Source: Octopus sinensis
Lineage: Eukaryota
Length of the DNA: 64,000 nt
NCBI RefSeq assembly: GCF_006345805.1
Contig: NC_043019.1
Span: forward strand, 17,545,360 to 17,609,359
Direction: 5' to 3'
A program made the position numbers and the translations under genes. Positions within the stretch are counted from its first letter, which is position 1. Each line of letters starts with the position of its first letter. Under the pieces are notes generated by a model, which saw only the letters and a program-made list of their open reading frames with translations, did no database searches and had not been told where the DNA came from. Shown one piece after another: positions 38,873 to 52,380 of the stretch.

Positions 38873-40212
38873 ATATATTGTTTTAATAATAAAATGGTTG
38901 TCAAATTAGAGAATTAAGCCAAGAAAGGGATGGCTGTGGAGTTTTTAAAAATTTGCTTTTTAACTTGGTGTTTTTAAGTTTGATTCCACTTCTTGGCACT
39001 TTAAGCATTCTTCTGCCATAAACTTAAATTGATCAATACCTCATGAGTGGCAATACTATAGGGCTCTATGTAGATATCTTTCAAGGTAGTGAATGATATA
39101 AACATTGAAGAGAAAACTGAAAGAAATTGATGTTTTTAAACAAAGTTCTTAGTGATATTTGTTCTGAAGGGAGTTATGGACATTCCCCGCCCCTCTTCAC
39201 TTTCAGTGTCACAAATGTAGTGAACCAGTGGTGACCAATGATGCTATTGTTTACTATTTGTAAATTGAAATGAAATAATTAAATTGATATCCACTTAGCT
39301 TTGAGGAAGGCAAACAGTTGACATGTGACACCAACTGCTGCTTAGTTGGAGATTAACACAGGCATAGCCTTGTGGTTCTGGGTCTGATCCCACTGCATGG
39401 GATTGCCTTGTGAGTGAAAGTTGGTACATTGAAAATATGTAGAGGCTCATTAAATGTGTGCATGTGTGTGTGTGTGAACTAAATCAGGTGATTTGAGAGA
39501 GAAAAAGTGAAACTTGATGTGCAGAAAATGTGTTAAAAATTATCAGATGTTTGTGTATGTCATTATATATAATGTATATATGTGTATACCGTGATAGGAC
39601 AAACAAAATCAGGTCCATATGGTTGGAGAGAGTGTTTGTGTATATTAGCTTAGGATGAACAAAACAAACTTGTGATAATTACTTCCATCTGAGTTATGTT
39701 CCTTTATATTAAGATCAGCCTGATCAATAAAATAAGTAGGACAAAGCACTTGAGTCAATATAATTTACTGAAACAAGTAAAGACTATCAACGATTTCAGA
39801 GATGATTATTTTATTGTACTCACTCAGTCTTGCTTGTTATATGTGAAATGGAGAAAAAATAAAATGTTTAGAATATTTTTGCTCTGACAACATATGATGA
39901 CTTTTAAGGTGATGACAGTAGCTTGATGACAGTTAATTAATATTGCAATGGCAAAAAACCTTAGCAGATGTTTATTAAAATGAATATTTTGATTCATTTC
40001 TTCCTAATCAGAAAGGGTCCATGTTTCATATAAGTAAAGGAGTGGTGTCAGCACACACATGGCACACAGCGACTTTTGTGAAGCTATGTTGGGACCAGAC
40101 ACAGGACTGGAATTGCTTTCTCTCAACAAGCAACACTTTCAAGCAACCAGGGCAGTGGAAAGAGAAACCAATTCTTTTCTTAAATAACACATTTTGGTTT
40201 GAATCTGTTACT

Positions 40213-40590
40213 CTCTTTTACTTGTTTCAGTCATTTGACTGCGGCCATGCTGGAGCACCGCCTTTAGTCGGGCAACTCAACCCCAGGACTTATTCTTTGT
40301 AAGCCCAGTACTTATTCTATCGGTCTCTTTTGCTGAACTGCTAAGTGACGGGGACGTAAACACACCAGCATCGGTTAGGGACAAACACAGACACACAAAC
40401 ATATACATACATATATATACATATATACGACAGGCTTCTTTCAGTTTCCGTCTACCAAATCCACTCACAAGGCATTGGTCGGCCCGGGGCTATAGCAGAA
40501 GACACTTGCCCAAGGTGCCACGCAGTGGGACTGAACCCGGAACCATGTGGTTGGTAGGCAAGCTACATACCACACACCCACTCCTAAGCC
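40213..40590 (-). mobile_element. SINE family A
   Basis: Reverse-complement consensus match. Confidence 0.9.
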
Positions 40591-41286
40591 TATCGTTATT
40601 TCTATAGTTGTTGACAGGTAATAGAAGTTTGATCTGTTGAAAGTTGCCTCAGATAACATGCACATATGTGCGTATGCACATATGTGTGTTGCATGTGCAC
40701 GCGCATCCACCACACACACATGTTCAAATATTTAATGTTGCAATGGTTGGTTATTGCTTGTGGCTTGTAGTGAAGAGAGAAGTAAGTTGTCTTTCAGCTC
40801 TGCATTAAAAAGGTCAGGCAGTAATCTGGATGGTGGCTTTGTTTATAAACTTGATTGCCTGTTGTATTGATAAAAAAAGATTAAGATCCTGTTGAGCAGT
40901 ATATTCACCAGAGGCTGATGGGTTTCTTAGTCAATTAATCTATACGTATGTTGTCTTCTCATATAGATCAACTGTAATTTTATTAGGAAATTATTATTAG
41001 AACTGCAATTACAATCTAAAGCCAACATTGTAACATAGGAGCATTTCGTACTGTAGTTAATATGAAATAATTTGTTTTGATGTGAAATATCAGACGTTTT
41101 GCCTCTCATAGAAGCTACAAGAGCTACTTAAAGATGTTACAAATTTGTGTGATGGTGGTAAATCCATCTCAGTTTTGAAGATTCTTCTGTATCTTCAGTA
41201 AGTGTGTCGGGGTCACAAGGATTTCAACCCTTAGTTTAAACATTTTATCTTAGCAGAGCAGTGAAGAGTGAATTTTCTTTTGTATA

Positions 41287-41477
41287 GTGGCTTCTGTGCC
41301 GGTGGCATGTAAAAAGCACCCACTACACTCGCGGAGTGGTTGGCATTAGGAAGGGCATCCAGCTGTAGAAACACTGCCAGATCAGACTGGAGCCTGGTGC
41401 AGCCCCTGGCTTCCCAGACCCCGGTCGAACCGTCCAACCCGTGCTAGCGCGGAAAACAGACGTTAAACGATGATGAT
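41287..41477 (+). mobile_element. RTE 3'UTR fragment with (GAT)n tail
   Basis: Homologous to 20371-20638; nearly identical in reverse complement to 60822-60945. Confidence 0.75.
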
Positions 41478-42540
41478 GAAGGGTTCCATCTGCAGTCTCC
41501 TGTCGGCCACAGCCATCTCAAGCAGTTCTCAGCTATGGCATGGCTATCTTCTTGGTGGCTTTCTTTGGTTGTTTAGGTTTCAGGGAGCAGCACACTGGTC
41601 TTGCTGGGAAATGCAGCATCCAGCTTCAGTAGGGAACAAGGTTGCATGTCATCTTTTGACAAGTGCCACTAATGTGGCAAGTCCTGATGTTGGGCTTGCT
41701 TCAGTTGATGAGAAATGTCAAAGCTGTCTTCCTGGAGCCCTGTGGGTTCAGCCACAATGATTATTTTTGTGTTTCTGAATCGCTGGAATATGTCTGGTCA
41801 GAGTTGTGTTACTGCTGCCTCTTCTGGAAATATCCAAGAGGTGGATATATAATCCAGGCATTTAACTCTGGAAGCACTTCTACGGATGGTGGCGATCGGA
41901 AAAAATCAATCAGCATATTGTTTTTTGTGGCACTCTGATGAGTTAATTCCGCCATGTGCTGTGAAGGAAAGCTTGCACAGTGCATGGGAATAGATCGATA
42001 ATCGCTGTCATGGTAACAACATGACACCAGATTACTTACAATGGAACACAAAAGAAATTGTAAACAATGCAATAAACCTAGTTTGCTTACTCCATTCTTC
42101 CATGTTATTTTATTATATATTTGTGTTTATGTGGATTCTGTTTTTGTTATTGATGGCTAAATCTAAAGAGGAGAGCTAGTACCCCTGAATCCTTTCCAGG
42201 TTTTAAATAAACTGAAAGTATGTACATGCTCCCCCCCCCCCCGACACACACCAAGGTCTTTTCCCTACATCTGTTGTCCTGTTTCTCTTCTAGATTACAA
42301 GATACCCTCACTGCAGCAATGTTAGTAGTGTTGTTTGTTTTTATTTATTTTGTAATTTTTTTTTTCCTTATTGCATTTTTTACTCTGTATTTGAATAATC
42401 TTTCCCATTCGTTTTCTATCTTCTGTTGTTTTTATGTGTTTTGGTTTTATGTTTTTTTTTCTGCCATTGTTAAAATTCTGCTTATCTTATTTTTGTTTCT
42501 ATCATTTATCTTTTGTTCTCTTGCTATGTTCTCTTGCTAG

Positions 42541-42567
42541 TTCCTCAGTGTCAAATATTGACAGACG
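42541..42567 (+). CDS. TMCC: Candidate 27-nt symmetric microexon of TMCC (R-SSVSNIDR-R)
   Basis: About 200 nt of U-rich tract with TGC motifs ending ttctcttgctag|TTCCTC...AGACG|gtaagt. Multiple of 3, phase 2-2, open frame. Confidence 0.55.
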
Positions 42568-44613
42568 GTAAGTTGTAAGACTTGCATCTTTACCCACCCT
42601 TTATCAATAGAAGCCACGTTATCGTTTACTCTTATTTGCCTGCCTTCTGCTGGTAATTAGCTTCAAATTAATCAGAGTCTTTGATAACTTAATTTTTCTC
42701 TCAATACTCCCCTGTAGCCCTAACCCCTAACTGCCACCTTTCTTTCCTTAAAGAATTTATGCATTTTTTTTCTTCTTGTTTCTTGTAGTTGTTATTCTTT
42801 TGCTTTTTTTGCATTAAAGATGTGTTTTAGAAACAACAACATTAATAACAATAATATAGATAATAATAATAATAATAATAATCATAGTGCTAATTGTGTA
42901 TTAGCAAATCTAGTGACTAAAACAAATCAATTAAATTTCTAACTTAACCAGGTTGATTTTCCAAGATGTAAAGTGACTTGATCTGAGATTGTGTATCAAA
43001 CTGAAGCAATTTCATCATGGAAGCATCATTTTAGTCATTTTGGAACACACATAAGAAAGAAGGGGGTGGGGGTGGGACAGAAAAAAACAAACAAACAAAA
43101 AAACAAAAACAAAAAAAAAATCTCGTTGCTTCGTTGTTATAACTGGGTTGGAGAGGTGCAATGAAACTGATTCTTCATAGGAAAATTGAATCCAACGGTT
43201 TTTGTGTGTTCTTAAATGGTTGAAATTACTCTTCCCCAATGTAATTGTTTCTGGTTAATTTTACTTGTATGTATATATATCATGTTTTAGAGAAATGACC
43301 AAATATGGTAGTTTTTGTATGGATTATTTGTATTTGTTATTTGCTTGGCAGAATTATTAGAGTAACAGGAAAAATGCTTTGTGGTATTTGTCCCATCTGT
43401 CAGCTCTACCTTTCATCCTTCCAGGGTTGATAAACTAAAGCACCAATTGACTTATCCAGACCCATAAATTTTTGATTTTGTGTTTATGTAAGAGATCATT
43501 CTACTGGAATCTCTATGATCAACTATTTCTTTTCCTTCCCTCAAATTTCTGGCTTTGGTGCAACTTCAGAAATTATTACTGGCACAGTCACATTACCAAA
43601 GATTCAGTTGTGCCATATGTCTAGCATTGGTATTTGTTAATTCCTCCCAAGCCTCATTGCAATTGTGCCTTTTTTTTTTCATGGAAGAAGTAAAAATCAC
43701 ATTTTGAATAGCACCTCTAAATTGAACCTTGACCAGCTTGAAATAGCGACCAAATCTCTCAAAACAAATGCCTTCATTGTCAAAAAGCAGAAGGACATAT
43801 ATGATCCTAAGTACCACTAAAAAAAGATGGTCATATGTTCTTAATTATAGGATCTGCTTAATCAAGTCTGATTTGGAGCCAAGCAACAACAGGAGCAATG
43901 ATAATTTCTCAACTGTCTCTGTAAATAAGCTTAATGAAATTAGAAGCTGCTATTTTATTTATACCTCAGCAGTTATTTAACAATTTTATTGGATGATAAT
44001 TTCATAGAAATCAAGTTCCCAGTTAACTAGTGTGAATATTGTCCTCCTTTGTTGAAATTTTGTAAATTTTATTGAACCTGACCATACTTTCTGTTGATTG
44101 CCTTCTCCATTACATTTAGTTCATTAGTGGCACATAGTTAGGTGCCAAGATCAATATCATTTAGAACAGCGAAAGAAGCCTTAACTGGTTCTTAGTTGAC
44201 AGATTTTTCTCCTGTTGCTTAAACAAATAACTGTCAAGAAAATTACACAGTAATGTCTAATTGTGTGAGGGTTATCAAAATGTTCCCTTCACCTTCCTAC
44301 ACATCCAACCTTGCTCAGTACAAGGTTATAAAGTGGGCTAACTTACATTAAGTTAGCTAGCACACACACACACACACATTGAAGTGCCAAGATCAATATC
44401 ATCTTGAACAATCAAAGAAGCCTTAGCTTGTTCTTGGCTGTCAGTGAATTCCTTCTGTTACTTAACTCCTTTGTGATCATATTTCTAGTGAAATACATTT
44501 CTCTGTGTTTCAGTTAGATTTGAAAGCAACGAAAAACTTGAAAAAATTTAGTGAAATAAGTTTTTTGGTTTGCTTTTCTTTCTTTTTCCATTGTTAAACT
44601 TTTTTAAAGGGGT

Positions 44614-44842
44614 TTAACCCTTTAGCATTTAAACCGGCCATATCCGGCCAAAAATATTCTACCTGTTTTATGTTCAAACTAGCCCTATCTGGTCTCTCAC
44701 ACCAACCCTACAATATTGTTTAAAAAATTAACAGCTACCTCATCAAAATCTCATAGCTACAAGATAATGCATGATTAATTCAAAACAATGTAGATGAAGA
44801 AGCATTAATTTTGGCAGAATAATGCGAACATTAAAGGGTTAA
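44614..44842. mobile_element. piggyBac-like MITE family E, intact
   Basis: TTAACCCTTTAGCATT ... CATTAAAGGGTTAA termini. Confidence 0.85.
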
Positions 44843-45028
44843 ATTATGATAGAAGGTTTTCATATAAATATTTTCCTCTTCTGTAATCTTATATCGACAC
44901 ATTCATTGTAAGTACACTACATATCCTGTGACTGATAGGATATAGGTAGCATTATTCCAGTGGTAGGTGGAACTCACTACTCCTAATACAGATACTATGG
45001 CCATTGGAGATTTTTCCTTTATCCATAC

Positions 45029-45240
45029 TTAACCCTTTAGCATTCAGATTACTCTGCCAAATGTAATGCTTATATATTCATTGATTTGAATTAATCATGC
45101 ATTATCTTGTAGCTTTGAGATTTCAATGATATGATTGCTTATTTTTACAATGACATTGTTAGATAGGTGTGAGAGACCAGATCTGGCCAGTTGGAACACA
45201 AAACAGAAGAAAAAAAAAAATTCAGGCTGGATATTTGGGA
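45029..45240. mobile_element. Family E MITE in opposite orientation, one end eroded
   Basis: Starts TTAACCCTTTAGCATTCAGATTACTC, the reverse of the E right end. Confidence 0.75.
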
Positions 45241-45843
45241 TTCTTAGCCATGGCCTCATTACTTAAATAATCCTAGATAACACCAATATCAGTTGATTAA
45301 ATCTATTCCAGTACTTAGATGGTACTTAGAAAAAGTCAGTTTTGTATCATAGAACTTGAAGTTAGTTGATAGATAGAAAACGGTTAAACAACTGGCTGTC
45401 ATAAGGAATAACTGTCTCATATGGCTGTTGTGAAGACTGCATTGAAATATTTAGTTAGCAAAACATTTAATTTACCATCTTCAATGTTCTGTTCAATCCC
45501 AATTTACCCAAAGGGAAATAGTGGGCTAAGTTATAGTTGTGTCGTTAAGAAATTCCTTTTGAAATCCTACAGCTCCAAACTTGGTCCCACTACATGGGTC
45601 TTGAACAAATGGCTTCTGCTATAGCCTTAGATTGGCCAATGCTTGTGAGTGAGAGTTTGTGCATGGAAACTTTGCATAAGTTTGTGTGTGTGTTTATATC
45701 AATGTGATATAAACACACATTTCAAATGGGTCATCAAGTACCAGAAAAAGTACCGAGATTGATATGGTTAACTAAGATTAAATGCTTGAAGGTTACTCTT
45801 CAATGGCTACAATCAATAAAAGAATATAAATGATCAATGATAT

Positions 45844-46044
45844 TTAACCCTTTTGTCACCATATTTCTGTTGAAATAAACCACTTTTGATTCAGTTAATT
45901 TTGAAAATCACGAAGAGTACAGGAAAATAATCTAATTAAATTAATATGGAATTTTGATTGAAGATTTTAATTTAGATCATTGAAAAACAGGAAATTTGTG
46001 TGACAAAGCTTTGGGCAGTCTCAGACAGGTGTCAAAAGGGTTAA
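45844..46044. mobile_element. Second piggyBac-like MITE family
   Basis: TTAACCCTTTTG.CACC ... GGTG.CAAAAGGGTTAA termini. Confidence 0.75.
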
Positions 46045-46778
46045 ACGAAAATAAATACTTCCATTTTTAAAATTACTTGGTTTATCTATATTGATGGTAT
46101 CCTTAAAAATAGGAACATCCAATCTCACTTCAATTTGCATTGAAATTACTGTAGTAAGTTGCATGAAATTGCTTCTTGGTTTTAAGACCTCTGTCTAAAA
46201 ACTTCAAATTTTTCCTCTTTTTTTTTTTGGAAAAATTTAGTCCACTTTGTGAACTGTTTGAATTTACTATTTGCAGATGATGCAGGCTGTCAGTAATTTT
46301 ACTCTGACAAAATAGAAGAACCTGAGGAAACCTCCAGACTCTTCTATTTTGTTAATGTAAAATTTGGTTTCTATTTTTTCATTTGTCAACAGATTCTGAC
46401 ACAAAATTAATTTTCCTTTTTTTTTTTTTACTTTGATTTTTAAAGTTGTTAAAATATTTAAAAAAAATTAAAATTTGATCTTGAATTGAAATTTGAATTT
46501 ATACAAAGATTTATTGAATTTCAATTGGACATCAGCTTTTATTTTCATATTCCAACCATCCACCCCACCCCCCACTTTAGTTCATGCAACCATTTTAATT
46601 TTATCAATTTCAAATCCTGAACTGAAAAAGCACAATGATGTGAGGCCATTGGAAAATTGACTTAAATTTCTTATCTCTGTATCAAGGTAGGGCTTGATAA
46701 ATCCCTTTAGTTACTAACCACTGATATTAAATACTGCAAGGATCATTATGAAGAGAATAAAATTAAAATAAACATTCT

Positions 46779-47000
46779 ATGAGATAAAAATTATGGTTTC
46801 AAATTTTGGCACAAGGCCAGCAGTTGGGGGGGGGCTACCTCAAAGATGATCCCAGTGCTTAACTGGTACTTATCGACCCCCAAAAGGATGAATGATAAAG
46901 TTGCATTTGGCAGAATTTAAACTCCGAATGTAAAGATGGATGAAATGTTGCTAAGCATTTTGCCCAGTGTGCTAACGATTCTGTCAGTTTGCCACCTGTC
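46779..47000 (-). mobile_element. SINE family C, diverged
   Basis: Reverse-complement match. Confidence 0.7.
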
Positions 47001-49542
47001 TATGAGGTTAAAATAACATTAACCTATTATTTATATTATGTATATAATTTCCTGCAAAGAATGGGAAGCAACTCCAAATGGTTTTATTCTGGTATTATTC
47101 TGGCCTCATCAAGGAAGCATAGCTTTCATAATACTGACCATAATAGGACTGAGCAAGCTGAAACACTAAAGAAATGTATATGATTGTACATTGTTGGCAT
47201 AAAGAACAGAATTGTGGAAAAGTTAAATAATTGCATAATTTGATGCAGGTAGCAGCTCCAAATTGTTTGGATGATTACTTCAGCTTCACTTTCTTAAAAA
47301 GCTTCTTTTAGGATAAAATCTTGTTTGCTTAGGATGCTACTGAACTCCATCTCCAAATACAGGAGTTGATGTCTCTTTGGGGCAGTGAAGTAGCTCTGAA
47401 AGTGTTTTGACCCCTTCCACCATGATGCCAGAGTTGCCTGATATAGGGGACACTGGTCTTGATATTTCTATCATTCTCAATGTTCATTATTGTTGCACTG
47501 CTTGTGCTCTTTCTTGAGCCAGAAGTAATGGCTTGCTTTCTCAATGGCTTCTGACAATTATCTGGCAACATCTATTGTCTCCTTCATAGCTCATCCAAGA
47601 CTCCTCAGCATCAAGTGAACTCTGCTTCCAGAACACCTTTCTTTACAGAAGCCACATTGCCTCCTGTCCACTGTGTTTTCTGTATTTCTTGAGGAAAACA
47701 TCTTCAGTGTCCACTTCCCACATCACTGTTGGCTCTATCATCTTTACTACCTTCCTTTATTGCACTCTATGACAAGGTCAGGGCTTTTGGTGGCAAAAAT
47801 ATGGGTAGTGATAGTTACTATCAAGGTCAACAGATAACTTTCAAGTTCCCTCCTATTTTGGATTGTTCTTCTTTCAGTGGCTGCCTTGCACTGTTCACTA
47901 TTCCTGCAAAATTTCATTTTTCCATGCTGCACTACTTGTGGTCATTTTCCCATGCTAATTGACCTTACCCAGCTCTGCCCCTGCACTTGGTTATGCTACC
48001 ATGTCTCTATTTCATTATAGTTCCTCTTCAGTAACGACTGCATAGGAAGTCTTGGTTATCATTTCCCATGAAAGGTTATGCTATGATTTGTGTCAATTTG
48101 GCATCATCTTGTTTTAGGAGCTTAAACATTGACTCTGTTACGACTAATAATAACCATTGAATGTTGTAAACTATTACTTTTATTGTGTTACAGTATTTAA
48201 CAACTAACAGGGAGAATTATTAAAATTGGTTTAGTAATATTAGTCTTCCTAGATTAGTTGTTTGTTTTGTTGGTTGGTGTTTAAATCCATTCAGAAGTTA
48301 GGCTATCTAATCTTTTAATCTTTTCATGACCATATTCATGATGGAATACACTACCTGTAAGTTTGATTAGTTTTTAAAACAATTATTTTGAAAGGGCTTA
48401 GTAAAGTAACTGAGTTTTCCATTATTAAGCTGTTTTTTTTTTTAAAAAACTTAATTAAAAGATTATTGCTTAAAATTATAATGAACATTTTAAACTGAAG
48501 TTTTGTTTGCATCATAGAACAAGAAATGGTTTTTGGTGGATTGAAAGCCTTATATTTAAAGGTAGTGCTCCAACATGGCCTTAATCATGATAGCTTAAAC
48601 AAACAAAAGAACTTCGGTTTAATTGAAATTATGGTATGAAATCTGATTCCTCAGTTGTTTAGATATCGGGTTTGAATTCTGGCTGTAGTGTAATTATTTC
48701 AGTTAAGATTATAAATATATTGATTATTTTGATGGACAATTCAAAAAACCAAAAAAAAAAAAAAATTTGTTTCACTTTTCTGTGTCCAGTTCAACCAATG
48801 ACAGATCTAAGATAATTTCTGTATGATGTTTAACATCACTGTAAAAGATCTCCAGTTTCATTTGGGCATGCTTATTCCAGCGACATTTCTTTGAACACCA
48901 TAAATTGATTGAAGTTTTGAGTTGGAATGTAAATATTCATTATTGGTTTTGACAGCTGATTATGTTTCTTTGTTCATGTTTCCTATTTCAAAGTGATTTC
49001 TGTGAAATAAATATCATTTCCTTTCTTCTTATATTACATATAATCAGTTAGATAAATAGACATGAAGCTGTATCAGAAAGATGCTTATTATTTTTCTATC
49101 ACAACTTGATATTCAGTCGATTTCAAAACAATTTGGTAAAATAAAACTTGTCTATTAAGAATTTGACCAACCTAAAGCCTATGACAGGGTGTATTTTTTT
49201 TTATATTTATTTATTTATTTTTGTTCTCTGAAAATAATGGTTTCTTCATGTTCTAGTCAGGGTGAGATTTATTGGTAAAATATCCATATCGGTAAACAAA
49301 CAAGTTCAATTCTGAAAGCTTAAGGAAATGATGTTTTGATAATTTTTCAGCTTATAAAATATATTGACAAATTCTGTGTGCTTATATAACTTTAAACAAA
49401 AGGTATATAAAAGAAATATAAAAAAAAAAGTACTTGATTACAAAGAATAATTTAACCAATGCCATCTAATGGCACAAATGTCAAATTCAATTTTGTCCTC
49501 CTCTTTGTCTATTTATTTATGTGTATACTGTGGGGCTATATA

Positions 49543-49578
<36 letters not shown>

Positions 49579-49764
49579 TATATAATGTGGTAAGGTTTCA
49601 ACAAGTAGAAAATCACTTGATCAGCCAAGAGAGTAAACATAATGGCTAATAAGCAAACGATCTTGTTCTTAGTTTGAAAAATGGCGAAATAAATTATTTT
49701 GCCCAAGAAATCCTGGGTAGCTGTATTTAACAAGATTTGTGTTTTTTATTATAATATTATTTAT

Positions 49765-49765
49765 T

Positions 49766-49829
<64 letters not shown>

Positions 49830-49983
49830 ATATTATATATATATATAGATATATTATACATTTATATATATACATTTATATATATACATATATATATATA
49901 TATTATATATAGATATATTATACATTTATATATATACATTTATATATATACATATACATATATATATAAATACATACACACAC

Positions 49984-50016
<33 letters not shown>

Positions 50017-50530
50017 TACACAAATAAATATATATGTAGATATGGTGGGGGAATATGTGCATGTGGAGTATATGTATATATGTACATGTGTGTGTGTATA
50101 TATACTGTTTGTTTTAAGTCAAGTTATTTAGAAAAAGATGGCTAAACAGCTTAACATGACAATCTCTCCTATCTTACCATAAATATGCACAAAATAAGAA
50201 TTTTCTATTAACAACAAATGCTATATTTTTCTACTCTCCAACCTTGACTACAATTATCTAAAAGTTCTCAACTGTGTACACACACATGTGTTTGTATGCA
50301 TACAAGTGTTTGTAGCAAGTTTTGTGTTTGGGTGCAGTTGTGTCTCTGTGTATGGCTGTATGACTATACATAGTCACCAGAATGTACATATGTATAGCTG
50401 TGGGTAAGGATTTGTGTACATGCATATATATATACATATAGATACATGTATAAAAATTTCTTCATTTGTATGTATATATTTATGTACAATTATACATATA
50501 TGTGCATATGTATATGTACCTGAGTGTTTA

Positions 50531-50581
<51 letters not shown>

Positions 50582-50800
50582 TATATATATATACACACAT
50601 CCATGTATAGGTAAATATATAAATAATATATATGCATATATATATATATAATATATATATATACATATATACATATATATATAAATACATACACACACAT
50701 ATATATATATATATATATAATATATATATATATATTATATATATATATATTATATATATATATATAATATATAATATATATATAATATATATATATAATT
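49765..50800. repeat. Large degenerate (TA)n/(CA)n microsatellite field
   Basis: Seen directly; other pure tracts at about 4255-4321, 28051-28095, 3470-3512 (GT) and 31611-31638 (poly-A). Confidence 0.9.
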
Positions 50801-50923
50801 AATTAATAAGGGTGAGAGAATTAGATACTAATTTAATAGTATATCTATTCTACACCAAGTGGCCTAGTGCTCCGAGAAACCTGGATTATTATAATATTTT
50901 ATAATATATTATAATATTTTTAC

Positions 50924-51547
50924 AAAATAAATATAAGAGAGTGGTCACTATATGGCTCACTCTAGCACCAGTTAATCCAAAAGGTTTCAACCACAAAAAT
51001 ACATGTTTCCCATGAAAGTCAGTACGATTGTTAGCTCACACGGACAGGGCAAATAAAAAATAACAAAAATACAGATTATTTTGGGACAATTGTTTCACTA
51101 TTAATGAATTAAATGTAATTTTACTTACAAAAAAATCCACTTGTAGCTCCTCAGCCAAAACTATCTGGATGAAATCCACTCAATCATACGCCAGATTTTA
51201 CCATAACGATAAATACGCGTGTGGTTCAATTGATTACATCCGACGTTATAATTCAAATGCCCCATTTATCGTTATGGTAAAATCTGGCGTGTGATTGAGT
51301 GGATTTCATCCAGATAGTTTTGGCTGAGGAGCTACAAGTGGATTTTTTTGTAAGTAAAATTACATTTAATTCATTAATAGCGAAACAATTGTCCCAAAAT
51401 AATCTGTATTTTTGTTATTTTTTATTTGCCCTGTCCGTGTGAGCTAACAATCGTACTGACTTTCATGGAAAAATGTATTTTTGTGGTTGAAACCTTTTGG
51501 ATTAACTGGTGCTAGAGTGAGCCATATAGTGACCACTCTCTTATATT

Positions 51548-51553
<6 letters not shown>
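50924..51553. mobile_element. Young foldback element: about 291-bp near-perfect inverted arms (50924-51214 / 51264-51553) around a 49-bp spacer
   Basis: Arms are reverse complements with only a handful of mismatches by eye; right end abuts (TA)n. Confidence 0.92.
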
Positions 51554-51593
<40 letters not shown>

Positions 51594-52380
51594 TACACAC
51601 ACACATAAGCATATATGGGTACAGGATGTCACCAACGGTAAACAACATGAAATACGAAAACCAATGGAAAACAGGACAAGTAACACAAAGAATGACCCTT
51701 CATCAGCTGTCAGCTGCCTATCTACTCTTCATTTCGAGCATTTAACGACAATATGAGTCTTTGAAGACAGTTGCTCCCATAAGAACCAAAATAAAATATT
51801 TTCTTTGGGAAGAGAAAAGATAGAAGAGATAAATTCACAGAAGTTGGGAGAACACAATATTTAATATTTTATAACTTCACTTTTTAAAGATGCTGAACTG
51901 CCATAAGTTATTTTTCTCACAGAGTTATTTTTACTCCCATGTAATTACCAATTAAATATTATTTTTACCCTCTTGCATAAATACATTTTGTAGTAACACA
52001 CACATATACATCTTATATCTTCTATATTGTAATGTATAATTTAGTCCTATGTCTGTTATTCTCTCAAACAGTGGTTATATTGTCCTGTAATAGTCCTTTT
52101 CTTATCTATGGCAACTAATTAATGCTCACTGTAATATTCAAACATTTTAACACATGTTCATTATATACCAGATTGCTCGATCCACTTTCCTAATTGCCTA
52201 AAAAATCATCAGCAAGAAACTTGGAGAGATGATGTGTGTAGTTTCAGCTTCCAAAAAATTTGACATCACTCTATTTTCAGTATTGAGTACTTCCTTTTCT
52301 TATTTGTGTTTACATACTTACATCTTACACAACATAGAATTGATTGCATCAGGCATTTAATTGCATTGCTCTGTTTGTTT

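Noticed and set aside
40798-40812. 15-nt phase 2-2 microexon candidate (CTCTGCATTAAAAAG)
   Set aside because: Short pyrimidine tract and weak donor (gtcagg); such matches are expected by chance.
43851-43920. 70-nt exon candidate within ORF 43768-43980
   Set aside because: Not a multiple of 3, weak donor, no family similarity.
51620-51770. Hammerhead ribozyme in a possible Penelope terminal repeat (minus strand GAAA...CTGATGA)
   Set aside because: Core motifs are present, but I could not form stem II (A-C at the closing pair) or stem III convincingly. An Infernal/RNAbob search would settle it.
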